A stretch of 64,000 bases of DNA, from positions 111,478,001-111,542,000 of the forward strand of contig NC_086107.1 in NCBI RefSeq assembly GCF_963921235.1, in the 5' to 3' direction. Below the pieces are notes generated by a model, which made no database searches, had not been told where the DNA came from, and worked only from the letters and a program-made list of their open reading frames with translations. Origin of the DNA: Mobula hypostoma. Lineage: Eukaryota. Position numbers and translations under genes: made by a program. Shown here one piece after another: positions 42,001 through 54,439 of this stretch. Numbering within the stretch: position 1 is the first letter of the stretch; each line of letters starts with the position of its first letter.

Positions 42001-45000
42001 CCGTCCCTCTGACAGTGAGACACTCCCACAGTACTGTCCCTCCGACAGTTTGACACTCCCTCAGTACTGTCCCTCTGACAGTGTGACACTCTCTCAGTAC
42101 TGTCCCTCCCATAGTGAGACACTCCCTCAGTACCGTCCCTCTGACAGTGTGACACTCCCTCAGTACTGTCCCTCTGACACTGAGGCACTCCCTCAGTACT
42201 GTCCCTCTGACAGTGTGACACTCCCTCAGTACTGTCCCTCTGACAGTGAGACACTCCCTCAGTACCATCCCTCTGACAGTGAGGCACTCCCTCAGTACCA
42301 TCCCTCTGACAGTGAGGTACTCCCTCAGTACTGTCCCTCTGACAGTGAAGCACTCCCTCAGTACTGTCCCTTTGTCAGTGTGACACTCCCTCAGTACTGT
42401 CCCTCTGAGAGTGAAGCACTCCCTCAGTACTGTCCCTTTGTCAGTGTGACACTCCCTCAGTACTGTCCCTCTGGCAGTGAGACACTCCCTCTGTACTGTC
42501 ACTCTGACAGTGTGACACTCCCTGAGTACTGTCCCTCTGACAGTGAGACACTCCCTCAGTACCATCCCTCTGGCAGTGTGACACTCCCTTAGTACTGTCC
42601 CTCTGACAGTGAGACACTCCCTCAGTACTGTCCCTCTGACAGTGAGACGCTCCCTCTGACAGTGAGATACTCCCTCAGTACTGTCCCTCTGACAGTGTGA
42701 CACTCCCTCAGTACTGTCCCTCTGACAGTGAGACACTCCCTTAGTACTCTCCCTCTGACAGTGAGACACTCCCTCAGTACCGTCCCTCTGGCAGTGAGAC
42801 ACTCCCTCAGTACTCTCCCTCTGACAGTGAGATGCTCCCTCAGTACTGTCCCTCTGACGGTGAAGCACTCCCTCAGTACTGTCCCTCTGACACTGAGGCA
42901 CTCCCTCAGTACTGTCCCTCTGACAGTGTGACACTCCCTCAGTACTTTCCCTCTGACAATGAAGCACTCCCTCAGTACTGTCCCTCTGGCAGTGAGACAC
43001 TCCCTCAGTACCGTCCCTCTGACAGTGAGACACTCCTTCAGTACTGTCCCTCTGACAGTGAGGTACTCCCTCAGTACCGTCGCTCTGTGAGGCACTCCCT
43101 CTGTACTGTCTCTCCCATAGTGAGACACTCCCTCAGTACTGTCCCTCTGACAGTGAAGCACTCCCTCAGTACTGTCCCTTTGTCAGTGTGACACTCCCTC
43201 AGTACTGTCCCTCTGGCAGTGAGGCACTCCCGCAGTACTGTCCCTCCCATAGTGAGACACTCTCTCAGTTCTGTCCCTCTGACAGTGAAGCACTCCCTCA
43301 GTACTGTCCCTTTGTCAGTGTGATACTCCCTCAGTACTGTCCCTCTGACAGTGAAGCACTCCCTCAGTACTGTCCCTTTGTCAGTGTGACACTCCCTCAG
43401 TACTGTCCCTTTGACAGTGAAGCACTCCCTCAGTACTGTCCCTTTGTCAGTGTGACACTCCCTAAGTACTGTCCCTCTGGCAGTGAAGCACTCCCTCAGT
43501 ACTGTCCCTTTGTCAGTGTGACACTCCCTCAGTACTGTCCCTCTGACACTGAGGCACTCCCTCAGTACTGTCCCTCTGGCAGTGAAGCACTCCCTCAGTA
43601 CTGTCCCTTTGTCAGTGTGACACTCCCTCAGTACTGTCCCTCTGGCAGTGAGGCACTCTCTCCGTACTGTCCCTCCCATAGTGAGACACTCCCTCAGTAC
43701 TGTCCCTCTGACAGTGAAGCACTCCCTCAGTACTGTCCCTTTGTCAGTGTGACACTCCCTCAGTACTGTCCCTCTGACAGTGAAGCACTCCCTCAGTACT
43801 GTCCCTTTGTCAGTGTGACACTCCCTCAGTACTGTCCCTCTGACAGTGAGGTACTCCCTCAGTACCGTCGCTCTGTGAGGCACTCCCTCCGTACTGTCCC
43901 TCCCATAGTGAGACACTCCCTCAGTACTGTCCCTCTGACAGTGAAGCACTCCCTCAGTACTGTCCCTCTGACAGTGAGACACTCCCTCAGTACTGTCCCT
44001 TTGTCAGTGTGACACTCCCTCAGTACTGTCCCTCTGGCAGTGAGACACTCCCTCTGTACTGTCCCTCTGACAGTGTGACACTCCCTTAGTACTGTCCCTC
44101 TGACAGTGAGACACTCCCTCAGTACCATCCCTCTGGCAGTGTGACACTCCCTTAGTACTGTCCCTCTGACAGGGAGACACTCCCTCAGTACTGTCCCTCT
44201 GACAGTGAGACGCTCCCTCTGACAGTGAGATACTCCCTCAGTACTGTCCCTCTGACAGTGTGACACTCCCTCAGTACTGTCCCTCTGACAGTGAGACACT
44301 CCCTGAGTACTCTCCCTCTGACAGTGAGACACTCCCTCAGTACCGTCCCTCTGGCAGTGAGACACTCGCTCAGTACTCTCCCTCTGACAGTGAGATGCTC
44401 CCTCAGTACTGTCCCTCTAACAGTGCAACACTCCCTCGGCACTGTCCCTCTGACAGTGGGACACCCCATCAGTACCGTCCCTCTGACAGTGAAGCACTCC
44501 CTCAGTACTGTCCCTTTGTCAGTGTGACACTCCCTCAGTACTGTCCCTCTGGCAGTGAGACACTCCCTCAGTACTGTTTCTCTGACAGTGCAGCACTCCC
44601 TCAGTACTGTCCCTTTGTCAGTGTGACACTCCCTCAATACTGTCCCTCTGACGGTGAAGCACTCCCTCAGTACTGTCCCTCTGACACTGAGGCACTCCCT
44701 CAGTACTGTCCCTCTGACAGTGTGACACTCCCTCAGTACTGTCCCTCTGACAATGAAGCACTCCCTCAGTACTGTCCCTCTGGCAGTGAGACACTCCCTC
44801 AGTACCGTCCCTCTGACAGTGAGACACTCCTTCAGTACTGTCCCTCTGACAGTGAGGTACTCCCTCAGTACCGTCGCTCTGTGAGGCACTCCCTCCGTAC
44901 TGTCTCTCCCATAGTGAGACACTCCCTCAGTACTGTCCCTCTGACAGTGAAGCACTCCCTCAGTACTGTCCCTTTGTCAGTGTGACACTCCCTCAGTACT

Positions 45001-48000
45001 GTCCCTCTGGCAGTGAGGCACTCCCGCAGTACTGTCCCTCCCATAGTGAGACACTCTCTCAGTTCTGTCCCTCTGACAGTGAAGCACTCCCTCAGTACTG
45101 TCCCTTTGTCAGTGTGATACTCCCTCAGTACTGTCCCTCTGACAGTGAAGCACTCCCTCAGTACTGTCCCTTTGTCAGTGTGACACTCCCTCAGTACTGT
45201 CCCTCTGACAGTGAAGCACTCCCTCAGTACTGTCCCTTTGTCAGTGTGACACTCCCTAAGTACTGTCCCTCTGGCAGTGAAGCACTCCCTCAGTACTGTC
45301 CCTTTGTCAGTGTGACACTCCCTCAGTACTGTCCCTCTGACACTGAGGCACTCCCTCAGTACTGTCCCTCTGGCAGTGAAGCACTCCCTCAGTACTGTCC
45401 CTTTGTCAGTGTGACACTCCCTCAGTACTGTCCCTCTGGCAGTGAGGCACTCCCTCCGTACTGTCCCTCCCATAGTGAGACACTCCCTCAGTACTGTCCC
45501 TCTGACAGTGAAGCACTCCCTCAGTACTGTCCTTTTGTCAGTGTGACACTCCCTCAGTACTATCCCTCTGACAGTGAAGCACTCCCTCAGTACTGTCCCT
45601 TTGTCAGTGTGACACTCCCTCAGTACTGTCCCTCTGACAGTGAGGTACTCCCTCAGTACCGTCGCTCTGTGAGGCACTCCCTCCGTACTGTCCCTCCCAT
45701 AGTGAGACACTCCCTCAGTACTGTCCCTCTGACAGTGAAGCACTCCCTCAGTACTGTCCCTCTGACAGTGAGACACTCCCTCAGTACTGTCCCTCCGACA
45801 GTGTGACACTCCCTCAGTACTGTCCCTCTGACAGTGAGACACTCCCTCAGTACCGTCCCTCTGACAGTGTGACACTCCCTCAGTACTGTCTCTCGACAGT
45901 GTGACACTCCCTCAGTACCGTCCCTCTGACAGTGAGACACTCCCTCAGTACTGTCCCTCCCATAGTGAGACACTCCCTCAGTACCGTCCCTCTGACAGTG
46001 TGACACTCCCTCAGTACTGTCCCTCTGACACTGAGGCACTCCCTCAGTACTGTCCCTCTGACAGTGTGACACTCCCTCAGTACTGTCCCTTTGTCAGTGT
46101 GACACTCCCTCAGTACTGTCCCTCTGACACTGAGGCACTCCCTCAGTACTGTCCCTCTGACAGTGTGACACTCCCTCAGTACTGTCCCTCTGACAGTGAG
46201 ACACTCCCTCAGTACTGTCCCTCTGACAATGAAGAACTCCCTCAGTACTGTCCCTCTGGCAGTGAGACACTCCCTCAGTACTGTCCCTCTGGCAGTGAGG
46301 CTCTCCCTCCGTACTGTCCCTCCCATAGGGAGACACTCCCTCAGTACTGTCCCTCTGACAGTGAAGCACTCCCTCAGTACTGTCCCTTTGTCAGTGTGAC
46401 ACTCCCTCAGTACTGTCCCTCTGACAGTGAAGCACTCCCTCAGTACTGTCCCTTTGTCAGTGTGACACTCCCTCAGTACTGTCCCTCTGACAGTGAGGTA
46501 CTCCCTCAGTACCATCGCTCTGTGAGGCACTCCCTCCATACTGTCCCTCCCATAGTGAGACACTCCCTCACTACTGTCCCTCTGACAGTGAAGCACTCCC
46601 TCAGTACTGTCCGTTTGTCAGTGTGACACTCCCTCAGTACTGTCCCTCTGACAGTGAGACACTCCCTCAGTACTGTCCCTCCCATAGTGAGACACTCCTT
46701 CAGTACTGTCCCTCTGACAGTGAAGCACTCCCTCAGTACTGTCCCTTTGTCAGTGTGACACTCCCTCAGTACTGTCCCTCTGGCAGTGAGGCACTCCCTC
46801 CGTACTGTCCCTCCCATAGTGAGACACTCCCTCAGTACTGTCCCTTTGTCAGTGTGACACTCCCTCAGTACTGTCCCTCTGACAGTGAAGCACTCCCTCA
46901 GTACTGTCCCTTTGTCAGTGTGACACTCCCTCAGTACTTTCCCTCTGACAGTGTGACACTCCCTTAGTACTGTCCCTCTGACAGTGAGACACTCCCTCAG
47001 TACTGTCCATCTGACAGTGAGACGCTCCCTCTGACAGTGAGACACTCCCTCAGTACTGTCCCTCTGACAGTGTGACACTCCCTCAGTACTGTCCCTCTGA
47101 CAGTGAGACACTCCCTCAGTACCGTCCCTCTGGCAGTGAGACACTCCCTCAGTACTCTCCCTCTGAGAGTGAGATGCTCCCTCAGTACTGTGTCTCTAAC
47201 AGTGCAACACTCCCTCGGCACTGTCCCTCTGACAGTGGGACACCCCATCAGTACTGTCCCTCTGACAGTGAAGCACTCCCTCAGTACCGTCCCTTTGTCA
47301 GTGTGACACTCCCTCAGTACTGTCCCTCTGGCAGTGAGACACTCCCTCAGTACTGTCCCTCTGACAGTGAAGCACTCCCTCAGTACTGTCCCTTTGTCAG
47401 TGTGAAACTCCCTCAGTACTGTCCCTCTGACAGTGAAGCACTCCCTCAGTACTGTCCCTTTGTCAGTGTGACACTCCCTCATTACTGTCCCTCTGACGGT
47501 GAAGCACTCCCTCAGTACTGTCCCTTTGTCAGTGTGACACTCCCTCAGTACTGTCCCTCTGACACTGAGGCACTCCCTCAGTACTCTCCCTCTGACAGTG
47601 TGACACTCCCTCAGTACTGTCCCTCTGACAGTGAGACACTCCCTCAGTACTGTCCCTCCCAGAGTGAGACACTCCCTCAGTACCGTCCCTCTGATAGTGA
47701 AGCACTCACTCAGTACTGTCCCTTTGTCAGTGTGACACTCCCTCAGTACTGTCCCTCTGGCAGTGAGGCACTCCCTCCGTACTGTCCCTCCCATAGTGAG
47801 ACACTCCCTCAGTACTGTCCCTCTGACAGTGAAGCACTCCCTCAGTACTGTCCCTTTGTCAGTGTGACACTCCCTCAGTACTGTCCCTCTGACAGTGAAG
47901 CACTCCCTCAGTACTGTCCCTTTGTCAGTGTGACACTCCCTCAGTACTGTCCCTCTGACAGTGAGACAGTCCCTCAGTACTGTCCCTCCCATAGTGAGAC

Positions 48001-51000
48001 ACTCCTTCAGTACTGTCCCTCTGACAGTGAAGCACTCCCTCAGTACTGTCCCTCTGACAGTGAGACACTCCCTCAGTACTGTCCCTCCGACAGTGTGACA
48101 CTCCCTCAGTACTGTCCCTCTGACAGTGAGATACTCCCTCAGTACCGTCGCTCTGTGAGGCACTCCCTCCGTACTGTCCCTCCCATAGTGAGACACTCCC
48201 TCAGTACCGTCCCTCTGACAGTGTGACACTCCCTCAGTACTGTCCCTCCGACAGTGTGACACACCCTCAGTACCGTCCCTCTGACAGTGAGACACTCCCA
48301 CAGTACTGTCCCTCCGACAGTTTGACACTCCCTCAGTACTGTCCCTCTGACAGTGTGACACTCCCTCAGTACTGTCCCTCCCATAGTGAGACACTCCCTC
48401 AGTACCGTCCCTCTGACTGTGTGACACTCCCTCAGTACTGTCCCTCTGACACTGAGGCACTCCCTCAGTACCGTCCCTCTGACAGTGAGACTCTCCCTCA
48501 GTACTGTCCCTCCCATAGTGAGACACTCCCTCAGTACAGTCCCTCTGACAGTGTGACACTCCCTCAGTACTGTCCCTCTGACACTGAGGCACTCCCTCAG
48601 TACTGTCCCTCTGACAGTGTGACACTCCCTCAGTACTGTCCCTTTGTCAGTGTGACACTCCCTCAGTACTGTCCCTCTGACACTGAGGCACTCCCTCAGT
48701 ACTGTCCCTCTGACAGTGTGACACTCCCTCAGTACTGTCCCTCTGACAGTGAGACACTCCCTCAGTACTGTCCCTCTGACAATGAAGAACTCCCTCAGTA
48801 CTGTCCCTCTGGCAGTGAGACACTCCCTCAGTACTGTCCCTCTGGCAGTGAGGCACTCCCTCCGTACTGTCCCTCCCATAGGGAGACACTCCCTCAGTAC
48901 TGTCCCTCTGACAGTGAAGCACTCCCTCAGTACTGTCCCTTTGTCAGTGTGACACTCCCTCAGTACTGTCCCTCTGACAGTGAAGCACTCCCTCAGTACT
49001 GTCCCTTTGTCAGTGTGACACTCCCTCAGTACTGTCCCTCTGACAGTGAGGTACTCCCTCAGTACCGTCGCTCTGTGAGGCACTCCCTCCATACTGTCCC
49101 TCCCATAGTGAGACACTCCCTCACTACTGTCCCTCTGACAGTGAAGCACTCCCTCAGTACTGTCCGTTTGTCAGTGTGACACTCCCTCAGTACTGTCCCT
49201 CTGACAGTGAGACACTCCCTCAGTACTGTCCCTCCCATAGTGAGACACTCCTTCAGTACTGTCCCTCTGACAGTGAAGCACTCCCTCAGTACTGTCCCTT
49301 TGTCAGTGTGACACTCCCTCAGTACTGTCCCTCTGGCAGTGAGGCACTCCCTCCGTACTGTCCCTCCCATAGTGAGACACTCCCTCAGTACTGTCCCTCT
49401 GACAGTGAAGCACTCCCTCAGTACTGTCCCTCTGTCAGTGTGACACTCCCTCAGTACTGTCCCTCTGACAGTGAGGCACTCCCTCAGTACTGTCCCTTTG
49501 TCAGTGTGACACTCCCTCAGTACTTTCCCTCTGACAGTGTGACACTCCCTTAGTACTGTCCCTCTGACAGTGAGACACTCCCTCAGTACTGTCCATCTGA
49601 CAGTGAGACGCTCCCTCTGACAGTGAGACACTCCCTCAGTACTGTCCCTCTGACAGTGTGACACTCCCTCAGTACTGTCCCTCTGACAGTGAGACACTCC
49701 CTCAGTACCGTCCCTCTGGCAGTGAGACACTCCCTCAGTACTCTCCCTCTGAGAGTGAGATGCTCCCTCAGTACTGTGTCTCTAACAGTGCAACACTCCC
49801 TCGGCACTGTCCCTCTGACAGTGGGACACCCCATCAGTACTGTCCCTCTGACAGTGAAGCACTCCCTCAGTACCGTCCCTTTGTCAGTGTGACACTCCCT
49901 CAGTACTGTCCCTCTGGCAGTGAGACACTCCCTCAGTACTGTCCCTCTGACAGTGAAGCACTCCCTCAGTACTGTCCCTTTGTCAGTGTGAAACTCCCTC
50001 AGTACTGTCCCTCTGACAGTGAAGCACTCCCTCAGTACTGTCCCTTTGTCAGTGTGACACTCCCTCAGTACTGTCCCTCTGACGGTGAAGCACTCCCTCA
50101 GTACTGTCCCTTTGTCAGTGTGACACTCCCTCAGTACTGTCCCTCTGACACTGAGGCACTCCCTCAGTACTCTCCCTCTGACAGTGTGACACTCCCTCAG
50201 TACTGTCCCTCTGACAGTGAGACACTCCCTCAGTACTGTCCCTCTGACAATGAAGAACTCCCTCAGTACTGTCCCTCTGGCAGTGAGACACTCCCTCAGT
50301 ACTGTCCCTCCCATAGTGAGACACTCCCTCAGTACCGTCCCTCTGATAGTGAAGCACTCACTCAGTACTGTCCCTTTGTCAGTGTGACACTCCCTCAGTA
50401 CTGTCCCTCTGGCAGTGAGGCACTCCCTCCGTACTGTCCCTCCCATAGTGAGACACTCCCTCAGTACTGTCCCTCTGACAGTGAAGCACTCCCTCAGTAC
50501 TGTCCCTTTGTCAGTGTGACACTCCCTCAGTACTGTCCCTCTGACAGTGAAGCACTCCCTCAGTACTGTCCCTTTGTCAGTGTGACACTCCCTCAGTACT
50601 GTCCCTCTGACAGTGAGGTACTCCCTCAGTACTGTCCCTCCCATAGTGAGACACTCCTTCAGTACTGTCCCTCTGACAGTGAAGCACTCCCTCAGTACTG
50701 TCCCTCTGACAGTGAGACACTCCCTCAGTACTGTCCCTCCCATAGTGAGACACTCCTTCAGTACTGTCCCTCTGACAGTGAAGCACTCCCTCAGTACTGT
50801 CCCTCTGACAGTGAGACACTCCCTCAGTACTGTCCCTCCGACAGTGTGACACTCCCTCAGTACTGTCCCTCTGACAGTGAGATACTCCCTCAGTACCGTC
50901 GCTCTGTGAGGCACTCCCTCCGTACTATCCCTCCCATAGTGAGACACTCCCTCAGTACCGTCCCTCTGACAGTGTGACACTCCCTCAGTACTGTCCCTCC

Positions 51001-51650
51001 GACAGTGTGACACTCCCTCAGTACCGTCCCTCTGACAGTGAGACACTCCCACAGTACTGTCCCTCCGACAGTTTGACACTCCCTCAGTACTGTCCCTCTG
51101 ACAGTGTGACACTCCCTCAGTACTGTCCCTCCCATAGTGAGACACTCCCTCAGTACAGTCCCTCTGACAGTGAGACACTCCCTCAGTACTGTCCCTCTGA
51201 CACTGAGGCACTCCCTCAGTACTGTCCCTCTGACAGTGTGACACTCCCTCAGTACTGTCCCTCTGACAGTGAGACACTCCCTCAGTACCATCCCTCTGAC
51301 AGTGAGACACTCCCTCAGTACCATCCCTCTGACAGTGAGGTACTCCCTCAGTACTGTCCCTCTGACAGTGAGACAGTCCCTCAGTACTGTCCCTCTGACA
51401 GTGAGACACTCCCTCAGTACCATCCCTCTGACAGTGAGGCACTCCCTCAGTACCATCCCTCTGACAGTGAGGTACTCCCTCAGTACTGTCCCTCTGACAG
51501 TGAGACACTCCCTCAGTACTGTCCCTCTGATAGTGAGACACTCCCTCAGTACTGTCCCTCCGACAGTGTGACACTCCCTCAGTACTGTCCCTCTGACAGT
51601 GAGGTACTCCCTCAGTACAGTCGCTCTGTGAGGCACTCCCTCCGTACTGA
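1..51650. repeat. 33-bp tandem satellite array (roughly 1,500 monomers; continues beyond the left edge of the window)
   Basis: Head-to-tail repetition of CACTCCCTCAGTACTGTCCCTCTGACAGTG(AGA/TGA/AAG/AGG) with a limited set of recurrent variants, including 20-bp and 29-bp deletion monomers. The monomer count is estimated as length/33. Confidence 0.99.
34330..34529. other. Assembly gap (200 N) inside the satellite
   Basis: Exactly 200 N with satellite in the same orientation on both sides. The round size suggests a placeholder gap, so the true array length is unknown. Confidence 0.98.
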
Positions 51651-51985
51651 CCCCCTCGCACTAGGGTGCTTCCTTAGAATTGTCCCTCTCGCAGGGCAGT
51701 GACTCTCAGAACTACTTCTCTGACAGCACTGCCCATGTTATTGTAGGGTGCCTCCTCAGAACTACCTCCCTGGCAGTGCAGCCCTCCTTCAGTACTGCCT
51801 CTCTCACAGCTGGGGGCTTCCTCAGAATCATTCCTCTCACAGTGCAGTGACCCTCAATACTGCCTCCTCAGAGTGCAGTTCTCCTTCAGTATTGTCCCTC
51901 TGACAATGTGGTCCCTGAGAAATGGCCCTCTCACACAGCACCCCTCTCTCAGAACTGCCCTTCCTGTAGTGCACGCTCCGTTAGC
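51651..51985 (+). repeat. Degenerate satellite monomers at the array edge
   Basis: Diverged units such as GGCAGTGCAGCCCTCCTTCAGTACTGCCTCTCTCACAG and CTCCTTCAGTATTGTCCCTCTGACAATG keep the monomer motif. Confidence 0.85.
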
Positions 51986-52444
51986 ACGTCTGATATTGGT
52001 GAGAACAATCTCGCTCGAGTTGTTGGGTAGTGTCTGAAACCAGTACCTGTTTCTTATTAAATTTTGCTCTGATTTGGCACTGAACCACCTATTATAGGCC
52101 TTCTCAGAGAGTAGTTAAATGTCTGGACCGTGACTTAGCTTTTGTTATGCGCATTAGTAAACTATATAGTGTCTGAATAGTTTCATTTCCTCCAAAACTG
52201 CAACTTGTATTTATTCCAGATTTATCGAGCTGGCTCAATTCAGATAGCTGAGTGGCAATGGTGGGTCTGAACTTAGTTCTACATTTTTGGTTCAAGCCTC
52301 ATTATTGTTTGCAGAATCTGGGAATCAGAAATAAATACAGCCCAGTCAGGAACCAAATAAAACCCCAAGGAGAACCTTGAACTATCAGTGGAGCAGTTAG
52401 TCTGTGATATCCTTTCTTTTAATCTCTAAGGAACTGCCAGATTG

Positions 52445-52595
52445 AATTTGGAGTAGGTTAAAAGGACAGTACAGCATTGTGGGCAGAAGGGTTTATACTG
52501 TGCTGTAATGTTCTATATTCTACAGGGAAGGGTGAAATTGGTCTTGGAGTAGGTTCACAGGTCAGCACAACATTGTGGACCAAAGGACTGTGTCC
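52445..52595 (+). mobile_element. Two tandem CR1-type LINE 3'-end remnants
   Basis: GGAGTAGGTT...CATTGTGGGCAGAAGGG...ATGTTCTATATTCTA followed by a second GGAGTAGGTT...GCACAACATTGTGGACCAAAGG. Both resemble the reverse complement of the CR1 tail at 60,437-60,500. Confidence 0.65.
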
Positions 52596-52609
52596 TTTAA
52601 AGAATATGG

Positions 52610-52675
52610 CACTATTGGAAGTGGCAGTGCAAAGGGAGTGCCACATTGCTTCAGGGACAGTGATGAGAGACTGCT
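52610..52675 (-). repeat. Inverted degenerate satellite-like monomers
   Basis: GGCAGTGCAAAGGGAGTGCCACATTGCTTCAGGGACAGTGATGAGAGACTGC aligns to about 2 units of the reverse-complement monomer. Confidence 0.6.
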
Positions 52676-52782
52676 CCAGAAATGAAAATAAAGAAAACCC
52701 TGGAACTGTGATACATTTTGCCTACTTAGTTTTTCTTTCCTTTTCTTTAGCAAGGTGTTCACATATGACGTGGTAGTGTAAT

Positions 52783-53960
52783 CAAGTCAGGTTTATTGTC
52801 ATTTAATTATATACATGTGTACCATTAAACAAGACAACGTTTCTCTGCACCAGGGTGTAAAGCACAGTAGTACACATAACATACAATAACTTGGAAAGTG
52901 TGAGTTAAGTCAACAAGTGAATTATGCATAGATAGACCATATAAGTCCATATATTAAATATTGTAGGGTACAGAACAAGTTAACCGTGTGGTAACCGGAA
53001 TCTCCGGAGCTGAAGGCCCCGAAATCCTCGGCTTTGCGTGTTTCAGCGGCTGGGGAGAGGTCAAAGGCGCTCGGCAGAGGATGGAGCTCAGGAGGCTGTA
53101 TCGGAGAGGCTGCTCGGAAGCTCGGAGTTTTCGGACGGATGGACTCAGTGTTGGCTGTGGTCGGCTGCTTCCAAGGCATCGGCAAGTTGATGGTGCCTGG
53201 AGGTTTATGGCAGGGAGTTTCTTCCTTTTGCCGCCTGCTATCGGGGACTCAGGAGTTGATCAACTAGGGACTTTGAGACTTTTTTTTACTGTGTCCATGG
53301 TCTGTTCTTCATCAAATTACGGTATTGCTTTGCACTGCTGTAACTATATGTTATAATTATGTGGTTCTGTCAGTGTTAGTCTTTGGTCTGTCCTGTTTTC
53401 TGTGATATCACTCTGGAGAAACACTGTATCATTTCTTAATGCATGTATGCATTTCTAAATGACAATAAAAGAGGACTGAGTGTCCTCATAATCTAATCTA
53501 ATCTAAAATTATCCAGTGACAATTCGAATGTGATACGACAGGGTGTTCAGAAGCCTAATGAACTGAGGGAAGAAGCTGTTTCCCATCCTGATCGTTCCCG
53601 TCTTTCTGCATCGGAGTCTCCTGCCTGATGGTAGAAAGTCAAAGGGGATGCTGGATGGACGGGTGGGATCATCAATAATACTAAGGGCACTGCATACGCA
53701 GCGCTCCTGATAAGTATCCCTGATGGACGGTAGGGAGACCCCTATGATCCTCTCGGCCATTCTCACAGTCCTTTGTAGGGAATTCCAGTCCGATGCTCTG
53801 CTGCTCCCAGACCAGATGGAGAAGCAGCTTGTCAGGACGCTCTCAATGGTGCTCCTGTACAACTCAGTCAAGATGGGGGGTGGGGGGGGGGATGAGGGGA
53901 GAGCTTCGCTTGTCTCAATCTCCTCAGGAAGTGGAGGTGATGCTGTACTTTCTTATTCAG
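52783..53960 (-). mobile_element. 5'-truncated Rex1/Babar-type LINE (RT C-terminal region plus 3' tail), interrupted at ~52,990-53,505
   Basis: ORF 53509..53871 reads LYRSTIESVLT...LQRTVRMAERIIG...FDFLPSGRRLR...NSFFPQFIRLLN, with upstream HLHFLRRL. The tail rc reads AATGACAATAAACCTGACTTGA at ~52,783-52,803. Confidence 0.85.
52990..53505 (+). mobile_element. Non-autonomous retroposon with GC-rich body and Rex-like tail
   Basis: GC-rich 5' part and AT-rich 3' part ending AATGACAATAAAA...(AATCT)3. It splits the surrounding minus-strand Rex element. Confidence 0.6.
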
Positions 53961-54139
53961 GGAAATGATATTGAAGGACCAATAACTCTCTCAAAGGAGA
54001 AATTATGTATGCACGACGGGGATGGTGTATGCCATTCATCTACTTCTTACATATAACAAATAATGATTACTCAAATAATACTGAAATATTAAATATGCTA
54101 CAACTGCCACGCAACTTCGTGGAGGGGCATTACTGAAGG

Positions 54140-54410
54140 ATTGCCCCTCTTCTCATTGCTACCATCAGCGAACTGGTATGAGAGCCTGAAGACACACACT
54201 CAAACTTTTGGGAATAGCTCCTCCACCATCAGTTTTCTGAACAATGATCGCAAGAACTCTACTTCCTGATCTTTTGTTTGCATTAATTATTTTTTTAAAT
54301 ATTTCTTAAGGTAACTTATAGTAAATTTATTTTTTATTAATTGCACTGTCCTGCAAAACAACAAATTTCACGACATAGGTCAGCAATAGCAGACCTGATT
54401 CTCATTCTGA
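54140..54410 (+). mobile_element. Decayed Rex1-type LINE 3' fragment
   Basis: CTCTTCTCATTGCTACCATCAG (LFSLLPS) ...AGCCTGAAGACACACACTCAA (SLKTHTQ), then an AT-rich UTR ending CTGATTCTCATTCTGA. Confidence 0.65.
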
Positions 54411-54439
54411 AGGACTTGCTGCACCTGTGATCCAAGCCA

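Larger units (their letters stand above)
52674..54102 (-). mobile_element. Split LTR-like remnant (pieces ~52,674-52,782 and ~54,010-54,102) interrupted by a Rex element
   Basis: Both pieces resemble the reverse complement of the solo-LTR-like sequence at 62,398-63,889, e.g. rc TGTAGCATATTTAATATTTCAGTATTATTTGAG vs TGTTGTGCGTTCAATATTTCAATACTATTTGTG. Confidence 0.5.

Noticed and set aside
1..51650. CRISPR array
   Set aside because: Units are contiguous with no unique spacers, there are no cas genes, and the context is eukaryotic.
1..51650. GACAGTG / CACTGTC as RAG recombination-signal heptamers
   Set aside because: The plus-strand form lacks the essential initial C, there is no ACAAAAACC-like nonamer at 12/23 spacing, and no V/D/J segments are present.
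1..51702. Long repetitive ORFs (LPQYCPSDSET, VRGTVLRECLT, SHCQRDSTEGV) as proteins
   Set aside because: They follow from a 33-bp unit that is stop-free in several frames on both strands. They are repeatedly broken by 13-, 4- and 1-bp indels and by stops, with no unique domain.
52977..53518. TSD for the 52,990-53,505 insertion (AAGTTAACCGTG vs AAATTATCCAGTG)
   Set aside because: Too many mismatches to call with confidence.
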